This document shows, in pieces, positions 9,475 through 18,890 of a DNA stretch of 64,000 nt. The translations under genes and the position numbers were made by a program. Position 1 is the first letter of the stretch; each line of letters opens with the position of its first letter. The notes under the pieces were generated by a model that was given only the letters and a program-made list of their open reading frames with translations, had not been told where the DNA came from and made no database searches. This stretch comes from Acidobacteriota bacterium (GTDB taxonomy: Bacteria; Acidobacteriota; Vicinamibacteria; Vicinamibacterales; SCN-69-37): contig SHUF01000001.1 of assembly GCA_009694745.1 (NCBI GenBank), positions 80,397 through 144,396 of the forward strand, written 5' to 3'.

Positions 9475-9480
9475 AGGATA
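9475..9480 (-). promoter_or_regulatory. -10-like box TATCCT, 6 nt upstream of the EVE ATG (leaderless candidate)
   Basis: Minus strand reads GGTATCCTTTCCTGATG. No SD is present. Confidence 0.3.
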
Positions 9481-9495
9481 CCAGCGACTGCGGGT

Positions 9496-10809
9496 TTAAC
9501 GCCGCGACCGGGCCACGTACAGCAGGGAGCCGACCGCCACACACGCGCCGAAGGCGAGCCATTCCTGCTGTGCGAGGCCTGTCAGCAGCCACGCGATCAC
9601 GAGACAGGTGACCCAGGGGAGAACGGCGGCGAACGGTACGCGGAAGGGCGTCTGGCCCTCGGTGGTAATGCCGGACGACCGCAGCTTCCACGATGCCAGC
9701 GCGCAACCCAGGTAGAGCACGAGCGCGGACACATTGGCGAGCAGCGCCAACCGCTCAAATGTGCCAGACAGCGCCAGTGCCAGCGTGATGGTCGATTGCG
9801 CGATGACCGCCGCGGCCGGTGAATGAAATCGCGGGTGAACGCCGGCACACACCGTGGGCAGGAAGCCATCGCGCGCGAACGCAAAGACCATGCGCGGCGT
9901 CGCGAACGTCATCCCGCCCAGGTGACCAAACATCGACACCGAAGCACCCACGAGAAGCATGGTGCGGGCCCATCCGCCGAACGAGGCATTCGCTGCGTCG
10001 GCCAGCGGCGACGCGGTCGCCTGCGCCAGTCCGGGCCCCAGAATGCCCTGCGAGACAACCTGCAGCAGCAGATACAACGTGGTGATGCCGATCATCGCGA
10101 GGGCAATGGCCCGTGGAACCGTGCGCGCCGTATCACGCACCTCGCCGCTCGGCACGAGCGCGCACTCGATGCCGGCGAACGCGAAGATCAACAGCAACGA
10201 CGTGCGGGCCACGTCCCCGGCGGCCGGCGCGGTCGTCCACACAAGATTGTCGGTGTTGATGAAAAACAGCCCTGCCACGGCCAGCAGGACGAGCGGCAGC
10301 AACTTTGCCACAGTGGCCGCGCCGTTCAGGCGCGCGGCCAGGCCCACGCCACGCACATTGATGAACGTCCAGAACGCGTAAGCGCCCACCAGCACCGCCG
10401 CATTCATCGCCGGGCCGCTCAGCGCAGGCACAAGGAGTCCCACACTGCCGGCGAACACCGTGGACACGGCGGCGCACGCAAACGTGCCGAGCATCCACAA
10501 CAACAGCCCTGAAATGAAACCGGCGTAAGGGCCAAAGGCGGTACCGACGTAGGCATACGGCCCGCCTGTGAGCGACACGCGGCTGCCGGCATCGGCAATA
10601 CACAAGACGATCAGGCCCATCACCAGGGCGCAAACAAGATAGGCCACTGGGGCGGCCGCTCCGAGTGATCCGGCGACGTTCGCCGGCAGCCTGAAAATGC
10701 CGCCACCGATCGTGATGTTCACGATGGCGGCCGCGAGGCCGAACGTGCCCATGACACGGACCAGCCCCTCAGTGGGGCTGTGTGGAGCAGCAGAATGAGA
10801 TGGAGCCAT
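9496..10809 (-). CDS. APC-family amino acid permease
   Basis: 437 aa with about 12 TM segments. The N-terminus GTFGLAAAIVNITIGGGIFRLP is typical of amino acid/polyamine/organocation transporters. Confidence 0.8.
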   Translation of the reverse strand: MAPSHSAAPHSPTEGLVRVMGTFGLAAAIVNITIGGGIFRLPANVAGSLGAAAPVAYLVCALVMGLIVLCIADAGSRVSLTGGPYAYVGTAFGPYAGFISGLLLWMLGTFACAAVSTVFAGSVGLLVPALSGPAMNAAVLVGAYAFWTFINVRGVGLAARLNGAATVAKLLPLVLLAVAGLFFINTDNLVWTTAPAAGDVARTSLLLIFAFAGIECALVPSGEVRDTARTVPRAIALAMIGITTLYLLLQVVSQGILGPGLAQATASPLADAANASFGGWARTMLLVGASVSMFGHLGGMTFATPRMVFAFARDGFLPTVCAGVHPRFHSPAAAVIAQSTITLALALSGTFERLALLANVSALVLYLGCALASWKLRSSGITTEGQTPFRVPFAAVLPWVTCLVIAWLLTGLAQQEWLAFGACVAVGSLLYVARSRR

Positions 10810-10836
10810 GTAGGGCGCTAGGGTAGCACCCCTGCG

Positions 10837-11175
10837 TTACTGAATCGGGGCGCGGTACCGATCGATGATGATGGGGGAGTTCTCAAGAATCTCCCACACC
10901 GCTTCAAGCGCCACGGCGCCAATGAACCGCGCGCCTGTGGAGCGCTTCTTCGCCACCAGCCACAACAGCGCGTAGAACAAGACGCCGTGAAGAATGTGCG
11001 AGAACGTGTACGGATCAAATACGCGTTGTGACTGGCTGCTGCTCCAGATATCTAGCTCGAGCCAGCCAAACCTGCCGGCGGGGCCGAACCACGATCGCCC
11101 CATCCACGCCTCGACAGCGATCGTGACGAGCACGATCGCAAAGACCTTGAGCGTCAGCCGCGCTGTGAGCGTCAT
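10837..11175 (-). CDS. DUF2585 (UPF0314) membrane protein, apparently 3'-truncated
   Basis: 112 aa. Matches the family through ...YTFSHILHGVLFYALLW...EAVWEILENSPIIIDRYR, then stops. Family members I know are about 190 aa and continue with TISLxYxGDS. Confidence 0.55.
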   Translation of the reverse strand: MTLTARLTLKVFAIVLVTIAVEAWMGRSWFGPAGRFGWLELDIWSSSQSQRVFDPYTFSHILHGVLFYALLWLVAKKRSTGARFIGAVALEAVWEILENSPIIIDRYRAPIQ

Positions 11176-12941
11176 GGCGTAAGTGTCGGCACCATCCAGG
11201 GCACCACATAGGCTTGGAGCATCGTGAGCATTCCCATCAGCGTTGTCAGGATCAAGCTATGCACCAGCACGCGGCGAAGAATCTCGCCTTCGCGTCCCAC
11301 GGCGCCCACGCCGGCCGCGCCCACCGATAAATTCTGCGGACTGATCATCTTGCCCATGACGCCGGCGGAACTGTTCGTGGCGCCCATCAGGATGGGATCA
11401 ACGCCGGTGACCCCGGCGGTGGTGGCCTGCAATGGCCCAAAGAGCGTGTTTGACGCCGTGTCGCTACCGGTCAGGAACACGCCGATCATGCCAAGCCAGG
11501 CCGAGAAGAACGGAAACCACCACCCGGTCTTCGCCAGCGCCAGCGCCATGGACGACGTCATGCCCGAGTAGTTCATGACAGTAGCTATCGACAGGATGAA
11601 GGCGATGGTCACGATGGGGAGACGGAGCTGTCGAACAGTCTGGCCGAACGCGCGTGTCAGCGCAGGAGGGCGAATGCCGCAGAGGAACATCGGGACAAAG
11701 GCGAGCAGCGCCGCCAGGAACACGAGCGTGCCCGCGGTGGCCAGGAAATCGAGCCGATATGTGAGCGGGTAGGGACTGGACTTGGGCGCGACGGGCACTT
11801 CGCGCTGCACCACGGCCGAGGGCCTGCCACCTTCCATCCGATACGCGCCGGGCCAGCTGAACTCCCAGACAGGGAACCGCAATCCCTGGGGATCGACCGA
11901 CGCCGGTTCACCCAGCCAGGGATCGGGACACATCCGGTTGCCGATCTGTCCGCACCGCAGCAGCGATGTCACGTTCGCAGGCGGAGGCACCGACGACATG
12001 CCGGCGAAGTTGCCTGATTGACCAATGAGCACGGTCACCACGAGGATGCCGTACGTGGCGTACGCGCGCATGACCCGGCGGCTGGTGTCTGGCGGGCCAT
12101 CGTGCGCCACAGCAGGCGCGCCACCACCGGCGTAATCCTCGGCTGGCCGCCACACCTTCAGGAGCAGGGCGACCGACGCCAGTGACAGGAGTGCGGCCAG
12201 CGTGTCGGTGAGTTCAGGGCCGACATAGTTCGAGACCACAAACTGTCCGATCGCAAAGGTCAGGCCCGCCACAAACACGGCCGGCCAGACTTCGGTCATC
12301 CGTCGCCATCCGGCGAAGATGACGATCAGGTAGGCGGGAATCAGCAGTGAAAAGAACGGAAGCTGCCGCCCCACCATCTTTGAGAGTGCCATGGTGGTGG
12401 TCTGGGTGTCGCTGCCCAGCATCGGCGCCAGCAGTCCGCCCAGCGTAGTGACGGGAATGCCCAGCGAACCAAACGCCACAGGCGCAGTATTGGCCAGCAG
12501 GGCGAGCACGGCCGCCATGATCGGATTGATACCGAGGCCGGCCATCATCGCAGCGGTGATGGCTACCGGGGCGCCGAATCCGGCAATGCCTTCGATGAGC
12601 GCGCCGAAGCAGAACGCCACCAGCAACACCTGGATGCGACGATCACCCGTGAGGCGCGCCAGCGATCGCCGAATGACGTCAAAGTCGCCGCTCTCGACCG
12701 ACAGGTTATAGAAGAAGACGGCGCTCAGGACGATCCAGCAGATCGGCCACAGGCCGTAGGCCATGCCGTGGGTGGCGGCCGCCAGCGTCAGCGAGAGGGG
12801 CATGCCCCAGACGAGCCAGGCCAGCACAAACGCGGCACCCGCGCCGACGATGGCCGATCGCCATGGCGCGACGCGGAGCACGGCCAGCATGACCGCGAGC
12901 AGCAGGGGTGGGAGTGAGGCGACAAGCGCCGACAGCAGCAC
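11172..12941 (-). CDS. L-lactate/glycolate permease (LctP family)
   Basis: 589 aa. GLWPICWIVLSAVFFYNLSVESG...LIEGIAGFGAPVAITAAMMAGLG is the LctP signature. GTG start. Confidence 0.85.
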   Translation of the reverse strand: MLLSALVASLPPLLLAVMLAVLRVAPWRSAIVGAGAAFVLAWLVWGMPLSLTLAAATHGMAYGLWPICWIVLSAVFFYNLSVESGDFDVIRRSLARLTGDRRIQVLLVAFCFGALIEGIAGFGAPVAITAAMMAGLGINPIMAAVLALLANTAPVAFGSLGIPVTTLGGLLAPMLGSDTQTTTMALSKMVGRQLPFFSLLIPAYLIVIFAGWRRMTEVWPAVFVAGLTFAIGQFVVSNYVGPELTDTLAALLSLASVALLLKVWRPAEDYAGGGAPAVAHDGPPDTSRRVMRAYATYGILVVTVLIGQSGNFAGMSSVPPPANVTSLLRCGQIGNRMCPDPWLGEPASVDPQGLRFPVWEFSWPGAYRMEGGRPSAVVQREVPVAPKSSPYPLTYRLDFLATAGTLVFLAALLAFVPMFLCGIRPPALTRAFGQTVRQLRLPIVTIAFILSIATVMNYSGMTSSMALALAKTGWWFPFFSAWLGMIGVFLTGSDTASNTLFGPLQATTAGVTGVDPILMGATNSSAGVMGKMISPQNLSVGAAGVGAVGREGEILRRVLVHSLILTTLMGMLTMLQAYVVPWMVPTLTP

Positions 12942-13091
12942 GCTGCCGGCGACCGGGTCGTAGACCTGGCGGAAGATGTCAGTCAGTGTGTGGCTCCGGC
13001 AGCGATTATGGCCATGCCAGAGGGTCTGTCAAGCTTCCGGCGGGCTTTGTGCCAGGCTGTGCGATGATCGCGCGGGTATTTGGAGGCCGTT

Positions 13092-14711
13092 ATGACTCGT
13101 CGATCCCCCGTGAATCTGGCGCTGGCTGTTGTGATCGCCTGTGGCGCCACGACCCTGGCGCAACGCACTCCGGCCCGCGGCTACCAGGATCTCGTGGCGC
13201 TCTTCACCGACTGGTCGGCGTTCGAGCGCCCGCCACTCCTCGAGGGCGCGCCCGACTATACGGTGGCGACCACCGCGCGGAGGCACGCCGCCCTCAAGAC
13301 ATGGCAGTCCCGGCTGGCGGCCATCGACGCCAAAGCCTGGCCCATCGAACAGCGCGTGGACTATGAACTGGTGCGCGCGCAGATGAACGGCATGGACTTC
13401 TACATCCGCGTCCTCAAGCCGTGGGTACGCGACCCTGCGTACTACCAATCGATTTGGACGGCGCAAAGCGACACACCGGCACACGAGGGTCCCACGCACC
13501 ACGCCGTCGTTGAACTGTGGACGTACACCTTCCCGCTCTCCGTCGAAGACGAAGGACGCCTGGCCCGTGAGCTGCACAGCGTTCCGCCGCTGCTGCGACA
13601 AGCCCGCCGCAACCTCACCGGCAATGCGCGCGACCTCTGGATCACCGGCATGGGCACCATGCAGGAGCAGGTGGAAGACCTGAAAGCGCTCGCAGCCAGA
13701 ACCACAACGGCCGGTGACGAACTCAAGGCGGCGATTCGAGATGCCAGCGCGGCCACTACGTCCTTCGTCTCGTGGCTCGAGTCGCAGGCGGCGTCAAAGA
13801 CCGGACCGTCGGGCATCGATAAGGCGGACTACACGTGGAGCCTCCGCAACGTCCACTTGGTGCCGATGTCGTGGGAGGACGAAGTGGTACTGCTCAAGCG
13901 CGAACTCGCGCGGGCCCACGCCTCACTGAAGCTTGAGGAACAGCGGAACCGCGGACTTCCGCCGCTCACGGCCGCGTCGAGCCCGGAAGGATACACCCAG
14001 CGCGCCAACGCGGCCGTGACGAAGTACATGGCGTGGCTGAAAAACAAAAATGTGCTCACCGTCGAGGACTACCTGGACCCGGCCCTGCGCGCACACCTGG
14101 GCTCGTACACTCCCGAAGCCACGCGCAACTTCTTCGGCATCGCGAGCCACTACGAACCCATCACGTTATTCACGCACTTCTACCACTGGTTTGATCACGC
14201 GTGGATGAAAGCCGCGCCACATCCGAGCGTGATTCGCCGGAACGCCACGCTCTACAACGTCTGGGACAGCCGCTCGGAAGGCATGGCCACCGCGATGGAG
14301 GAACTGGTCATGCACGCCGGGTATTACGACGACAACCCCCGGGCGCGCGAGATTGTGTGGATCATGCTCGCGCAACGCTGCGCCCGCGGCCTCGCGTCGC
14401 TGTATGCACAAGCCAACGAGTTCGACATCAAGCAGGCCAAAGCCTTCCAGGTGGAATGGACACCGCGCGGATGGATGCGGCCCGACCTCGATCTGCTTGG
14501 CTTCGAACAGCAGCTCTATCTGCGACAGCCGGGATACGGCACAAGCTACGTGACCGGCAAGGCGCTGATCGATGAACTCATCAAAGACCGCGCCCAGCAA
14601 TTGGGCGATGGCTTCGCGCTCCGCACGTTCTTTGATGAACTGAACCGCGCGGGGTTGATCCCGATGTCACTGATTCACTGGCAGCTCACGGGCCAGCTGC
14701 CTGCACGCTAG
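13092..14711 (+). CDS. DUF885-family secreted protein
   Basis: From ORF 13080..14711. I prefer ATG 13092, which sits 5 nt after GGAGG (13082-13086). It has a signal peptide and a DUF885-like helical architecture. Confidence 0.6.
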   Translation: MTRRSPVNLALAVVIACGATTLAQRTPARGYQDLVALFTDWSAFERPPLLEGAPDYTVATTARRHAALKTWQSRLAAIDAKAWPIEQRVDYELVRAQMNGMDFYIRVLKPWVRDPAYYQSIWTAQSDTPAHEGPTHHAVVELWTYTFPLSVEDEGRLARELHSVPPLLRQARRNLTGNARDLWITGMGTMQEQVEDLKALAARTTTAGDELKAAIRDASAATTSFVSWLESQAASKTGPSGIDKADYTWSLRNVHLVPMSWEDEVVLLKRELARAHASLKLEEQRNRGLPPLTAASSPEGYTQRANAAVTKYMAWLKNKNVLTVEDYLDPALRAHLGSYTPEATRNFFGIASHYEPITLFTHFYHWFDHAWMKAAPHPSVIRRNATLYNVWDSRSEGMATAMEELVMHAGYYDDNPRAREIVWIMLAQRCARGLASLYAQANEFDIKQAKAFQVEWTPRGWMRPDLDLLGFEQQLYLRQPGYGTSYVTGKALIDELIKDRAQQLGDGFALRTFFDELNRAGLIPMSLIHWQLTGQLPAR

Positions 14712-15742
14712 CGGATGGCCCCATGCGGGTCCGCCGCGTAGTGTTTCGCCAGGAGGTCGTCACCGAAATCGCCACTGAAATCGCGCCAGACGATGTGTTG
14801 GTGGTTGGCGTTGTTTTGTGTGTTGTCGTACTCGATCAGGAACGTCGGACCCTGGATGCGGTAATAGTGCGCGGCGCCCGCCGCGCGTGTCGTCGCGCCA
14901 ATCCAGGCAAATCGGACATTATCGAACCCGCCGGCCTTAATCGCCGCCAACCGCGCGGCCGCGAGCGCCGGTTGCTGCACAGAGGCGTGCGCCTCAATCA
15001 GGCTCATGAGCAGCCCCTGCTCCTTCGCGCTCATCTCGCGGGCGCTCAGGCCGACACTTTCGAGGATGGCCGCCTTGCGCGAATTACCGGTGACGATGTC
15101 CGCGGGCACGGCACCGGAGACAATCGCCATCTCACGCGAGTGCCCCTGAAGACCGTCAAGCATCGCCCAGCCCAGGTCTGCCTCCACTGCCAGCGCGCGC
15201 GTGCCCTTCATCGGCCCATCCATCACAACAGCCGGATTCGAGCCCAGAAACGCCGGGCTCGTCGCCACCGCCTTGCCCGCCACCACTGTCCAGTTCTGCG
15301 CCAGGTGGTGGCCTTCGTACCGCCAGCCCCACGCCGCGCCATTGGGCTGCCCGAATATCGAGAAGAAGTACTGCTCCGGGTCGCGCGAGTTGCGGTTCTC
15401 CATCGCACGCAGCACCAATTCGAGACCGCGTATGGCTTCGGCGCGTGAGAAGCCGGACACGCTCAGGCCGGTCTTGAGCAGCGCCACGGCGGCCTCGCGC
15501 TGCGCCGGCGTCATCTCGGCCAGCGGTAGCCCTTTGCGCACGCGCGGAATGAAGTGCCAGTTGAACCGTTCCTCGGAATCAAACGGGAACTCCACCTTCG
15601 CGCGTTGTGCGGCGTCGAGGGTACCAAGGAAGGTGCCGGCCGCGCGCGCCATCACGACCTCGGGTCGCGCCTGTTCCGCCACCCGGACGCTCACGCCCAG
15701 CGCCAACAACACGACACCAAACACGACGGTCTTTGCCTTCAT
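14708..15742 (-). CDS. DUF3500-family secreted protein
   Basis: From ORF 14708..15790, with the start moved to MKAKTVVFGVVLLALG (15742) behind AAGGAGG. FPFDSEERFNWHFIPR...WGWRYEGHHL matches DUF3500. Confidence 0.7.
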   Translation of the reverse strand: MKAKTVVFGVVLLALGVSVRVAEQARPEVVMARAAGTFLGTLDAAQRAKVEFPFDSEERFNWHFIPRVRKGLPLAEMTPAQREAAVALLKTGLSVSGFSRAEAIRGLELVLRAMENRNSRDPEQYFFSIFGQPNGAAWGWRYEGHHLAQNWTVVAGKAVATSPAFLGSNPAVVMDGPMKGTRALAVEADLGWAMLDGLQGHSREMAIVSGAVPADIVTGNSRKAAILESVGLSAREMSAKEQGLLMSLIEAHASVQQPALAAARLAAIKAGGFDNVRFAWIGATTRAAGAAHYYRIQGPTFLIEYDNTQNNANHQHIVWRDFSGDFGDDLLAKHYAADPHGAIR

Positions 15743-15838
15743 CGCGGACCTCCTTGCTAAGAGCGAGGGCCAGTATACGCCGTGCCGCATTCACCAGAAC
15801 CATCGGCCGTCGCGGTATGATGCGCCACCGGAGGCTCT

Positions 15839-17617
15839 ATGAAGTGGCGTGTGATCTGGCTCGCATCGGTGCTGTCAGTTGTCTCGACAAGTGCACAAGC
15901 GCCCGCGCGCGCGACAGACATCTCACCGGCCGTGTGGCCGAAGGGTGAGTACGAGCGGTTCATCGCGGCGCAGAATGTGGACCGCACCACGGCCTCGGTC
16001 GCCACAGGCCGCAACGGCGCGGTGACCGTGGCCTACAACGGCATTGCCGCACGCGCCGGACTTGAAGCGCTGGCGCGCGGCGGCAACGCGATCGATGCCG
16101 CCATGACGGCCGCCGTGACCCAAGTGGCCGTCACTGCCGGCGCGCCGATCAGCTACTTCGGCATCATGTCGCTCGTCTACTACGACGCCGCCTCCGGCAA
16201 GGTCTACACGATGAACGCCGAGTGGAACACCGTGCGCGGCGAGACAAGTGCGGCCACCATTCCCGGCAGCATCAACATGGCATCGCCCGAAGGCTTGCGC
16301 GGTACCGCCGTGAGCGGCCGCACCGCGCTGGTGGGCGGATTCATGAAGGGCGTGGGCGCCGCTCACGCCAGGTTCGGCAAGCTCCCCTTCGCGCGCATCT
16401 TCGACTCGGCGATTCACATTGCCGATCGCGGCATGCCCGTCACCCGGCATCTCGCCGGCAAGTTCGAGTTCCGGCGCGAAGACCTGGCGCGCCTCCCTGC
16501 CACCCGCGCGATCTTCCTGAAGCCCGACGGCTCGGCGTACCGGGCGGGAGACACATTCAAGCAACCGGCACTGGCAGCCACACTTCGGGCGGTCGCCGCA
16601 GAAGGCACCGACTACATCTACAAGGGCGCGTGGGCCAAAGCACTTGTCGCCGCCGTGCAGGCCGACGGTGGCGCCATGACACTTGACGACCTCGCCGCGT
16701 ACGACGTCACTTGGGACGAGCCGCTCGTGGCGGACTTCGGCGCCTATCGGATCTACACCAACAGCCCGCCCAACGACGGCGGCGTGAACCTGATCGAAGC
16801 ACAGCGCCTGGCGGTGGCCGCGGGCCTCGGCACGGGACCGCACTGGACGAAGTCCGGCGCGGCGCTGAAGAAGGCCCTCACCGTCAGCCAGGTCAACGCC
16901 CTGGGTTACCTGCCGCAGACACTCAAGGCTCAGATCTACCCCGGCCTCGATTTCTCACCGGCATCACGCACGTCAGCGGCGTTCGCTGAGGACCTGTGGA
17001 AACGGATCGAGGCCGGCGCCAGCCCGCTCCGCTGGAAGGCACCCGAGGGCCATCACTCAGACGATGTGGTGGTGATCGACAAGGACGGCAACATCGCGGC
17101 GATTACGCAGAGCATCAACTGTGTGGATTGGGGACGCACGGCGATCAACATCGACGGCATCTCGATCGGCGATCCGGGATCATTCCAGCAAGCCGCCATC
17201 GCCCGGATACCGCCCGGCTCGCGGCTGCCGGCGCCAACGGAGACGGGCATCCTCTTCAAGGACGGTGCGCCGGTGCTCGGCTTCGCCTCAATGGGCTCCG
17301 GCCTGCACCAGCGCACCTTCCAGGCGCTGGCCAACATCATGCACTTCGGCATGACGGTGGACGCCGCCATCAACACTGCTGACTTCCTGCTCCCCGAGAC
17401 AGACTTGAAGACCGGCCAGTTAACCTTCCGTGTGCCGAAGGGGCGATTCCCGCTGTCAGTCCTCGACGCGGTTGGCTACCAGTACCGGGAAGTGGATCCG
17501 AGTGACGTGCGGTTCGGTGGAGAAGGACTCTGGGTCGCCATCAGCCGTGACCCGAAAACGGGGGTGCTCCGCGCTGCGTCGCACAATCGCCACAACAGCG
17601 CGGCGGTCGCCCGATAA
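15839..17617 (+). CDS. gamma-glutamyltransferase-family Ntn hydrolase (secreted)
   Basis: 592 aa with a signal peptide and GGAGG before the ATG. It shows a GGT-like N-terminal lobe and the DKDGN...TQSIN processing-site region. See the finding on Ser at the nucleophile position. Confidence 0.7.
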   Translation: MKWRVIWLASVLSVVSTSAQAPARATDISPAVWPKGEYERFIAAQNVDRTTASVATGRNGAVTVAYNGIAARAGLEALARGGNAIDAAMTAAVTQVAVTAGAPISYFGIMSLVYYDAASGKVYTMNAEWNTVRGETSAATIPGSINMASPEGLRGTAVSGRTALVGGFMKGVGAAHARFGKLPFARIFDSAIHIADRGMPVTRHLAGKFEFRREDLARLPATRAIFLKPDGSAYRAGDTFKQPALAATLRAVAAEGTDYIYKGAWAKALVAAVQADGGAMTLDDLAAYDVTWDEPLVADFGAYRIYTNSPPNDGGVNLIEAQRLAVAAGLGTGPHWTKSGAALKKALTVSQVNALGYLPQTLKAQIYPGLDFSPASRTSAAFAEDLWKRIEAGASPLRWKAPEGHHSDDVVVIDKDGNIAAITQSINCVDWGRTAINIDGISIGDPGSFQQAAIARIPPGSRLPAPTETGILFKDGAPVLGFASMGSGLHQRTFQALANIMHFGMTVDAAINTADFLLPETDLKTGQLTFRVPKGRFPLSVLDAVGYQYREVDPSDVRFGGEGLWVAISRDPKTGVLRAASHNRHNSAAVAR

Positions 17618-17633
17618 CGGGGCCTGACTGTCG

Positions 17634-18050
17634 CTACTTCACCTTCTTCAGAACCACGTGCAGCGGGCCCTGGGTCAGGGCTGACGGACGGCCGGTTTCG
17701 CCGGGAATCGCAAGCGTCACGCTGGCGGTGTCGCCTTCGATCTCGTAGACGCCCAGTTGCGTTTTGCCGGCGTCGTTGCCTTCGGCAATGACGAGATCGA
17801 TCGCCTTGGGCTTCGAGGCCACACCGAGTTTGACTGACCCGCGCTCGTCCACCGACCCGTTGACCCACTGTTCGTACTTGTCAGCCTTGAACGTCAGGAA
17901 AAACTGGGCCTCTGCCGGCACGGCCTCGCCGTTGAAGGACGTGACCTGCCAATTGCCCTGCAATCTGTCGAGTTCCTTTTTGACATCATCCTGAGCGGCC
18001 TGGCCGGCCGTGCCAAACACCAACGCGAGCACGAGTAGAACCGTTTTCAT
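17634..18050 (-). CDS. TIGR03067-family secreted protein
   Basis: Signal peptide, then LDRLQGNWQVTSFNGEAVP...PKAIDLVIAEGNDAGKTQLGVYEIEGDT, a close match to the TIGR03067 pattern. ATG 18050 follows GGAGG. Confidence 0.75.
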   Translation of the reverse strand: MKTVLLVLALVFGTAGQAAQDDVKKELDRLQGNWQVTSFNGEAVPAEAQFFLTFKADKYEQWVNGSVDERGSVKLGVASKPKAIDLVIAEGNDAGKTQLGVYEIEGDTASVTLAIPGETGRPSALTQGPLHVVLKKVK

Positions 18051-18149
18051 CAAAATGCCTCCGTGATATCAGACGCTGCCGGCTGACGCGCGGTTCCTCT
18101 AACCCTGGCGTAGTATTGGCCCAATGCCTCTGTTGCGGAAGCCGGCCGA

Positions 18150-18890
18150 TTAAGATGCAGGTCGTTGAAGCAGCGCGCGGGTCGCGGGATGCAGGGGTGA
18201 GTCCAGCACCTTGCGCGGCTCGCCGGCTTCCACCACACGGCCCTCGGCGAGAATCACGAGCCGAGTCGCATGCTCACGCACAAAATCGTCGTCATGCGAA
18301 GTGAGCACGAGCGCGCGGCCGGTGGCCGCGAGGCGGCGCAGGCTCACGCCCAGCTCGTTCCGGCGCGCCGGGTCGAGGGACGCCGTCGGTTCATCGAGCA
18401 GCAGCAGCGCCGGATCCATGGCGAGAGACCGGGCAATCGCCACGCGCTGCGACTCGCCGCCCGACAGTTCCCGTGGGAGCGCGTCCGCGCGCTCGCCCAC
18501 GCCCAGTTGATCGAGAAGTTCTCGCGCGCGCGCCACGGCTTCTGTGCGAGGCAGCCGAAGCACGTGCACTTGCGCGAGGCACACATTTTCGAGTGCCGTC
18601 AAGTGCTCGAAGAGGGAGTGCGACTGGAAGACCATGCCGATCTTCCGTCGGAGCGCGGCCGGTGACGCTGAACGGCGACCGGCCGTGAGTTCGACGCCGT
18701 TGATATGAATCTCGCCGCCATCAAGTCTTTCGAGGCCGGCAATGGCGCGCAGCACGGTACTCTTGCCGGCGCCAGATAGACCCATCAGCACCAGCAACTC
18801 ACCTCGGGCCGCCTCAAAGTCCACGCCCGCGAGGACGTCGCGAGTACCGCGCCGCAGCCGAAGTCCGCGCACCTGAAGGACGGTGCTCAT
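18150..18890 (-). CDS. amino-acid ABC transporter ATP-binding protein
   Basis: Walker A GLSGAGKST, signature LSGGESQRVAIAR, Walker B LLLLDEPT. The start MSTVLQV overlaps the permease stop (ATGA). Confidence 0.9.
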   Translation of the reverse strand: MSTVLQVRGLRLRRGTRDVLAGVDFEAARGELLVLMGLSGAGKSTVLRAIAGLERLDGGEIHINGVELTAGRRSASPAALRRKIGMVFQSHSLFEHLTALENVCLAQVHVLRLPRTEAVARARELLDQLGVGERADALPRELSGGESQRVAIARSLAMDPALLLLDEPTASLDPARRNELGVSLRRLAATGRALVLTSHDDDFVREHATRLVILAEGRVVEAGEPRKVLDSPLHPATRALLQRPAS

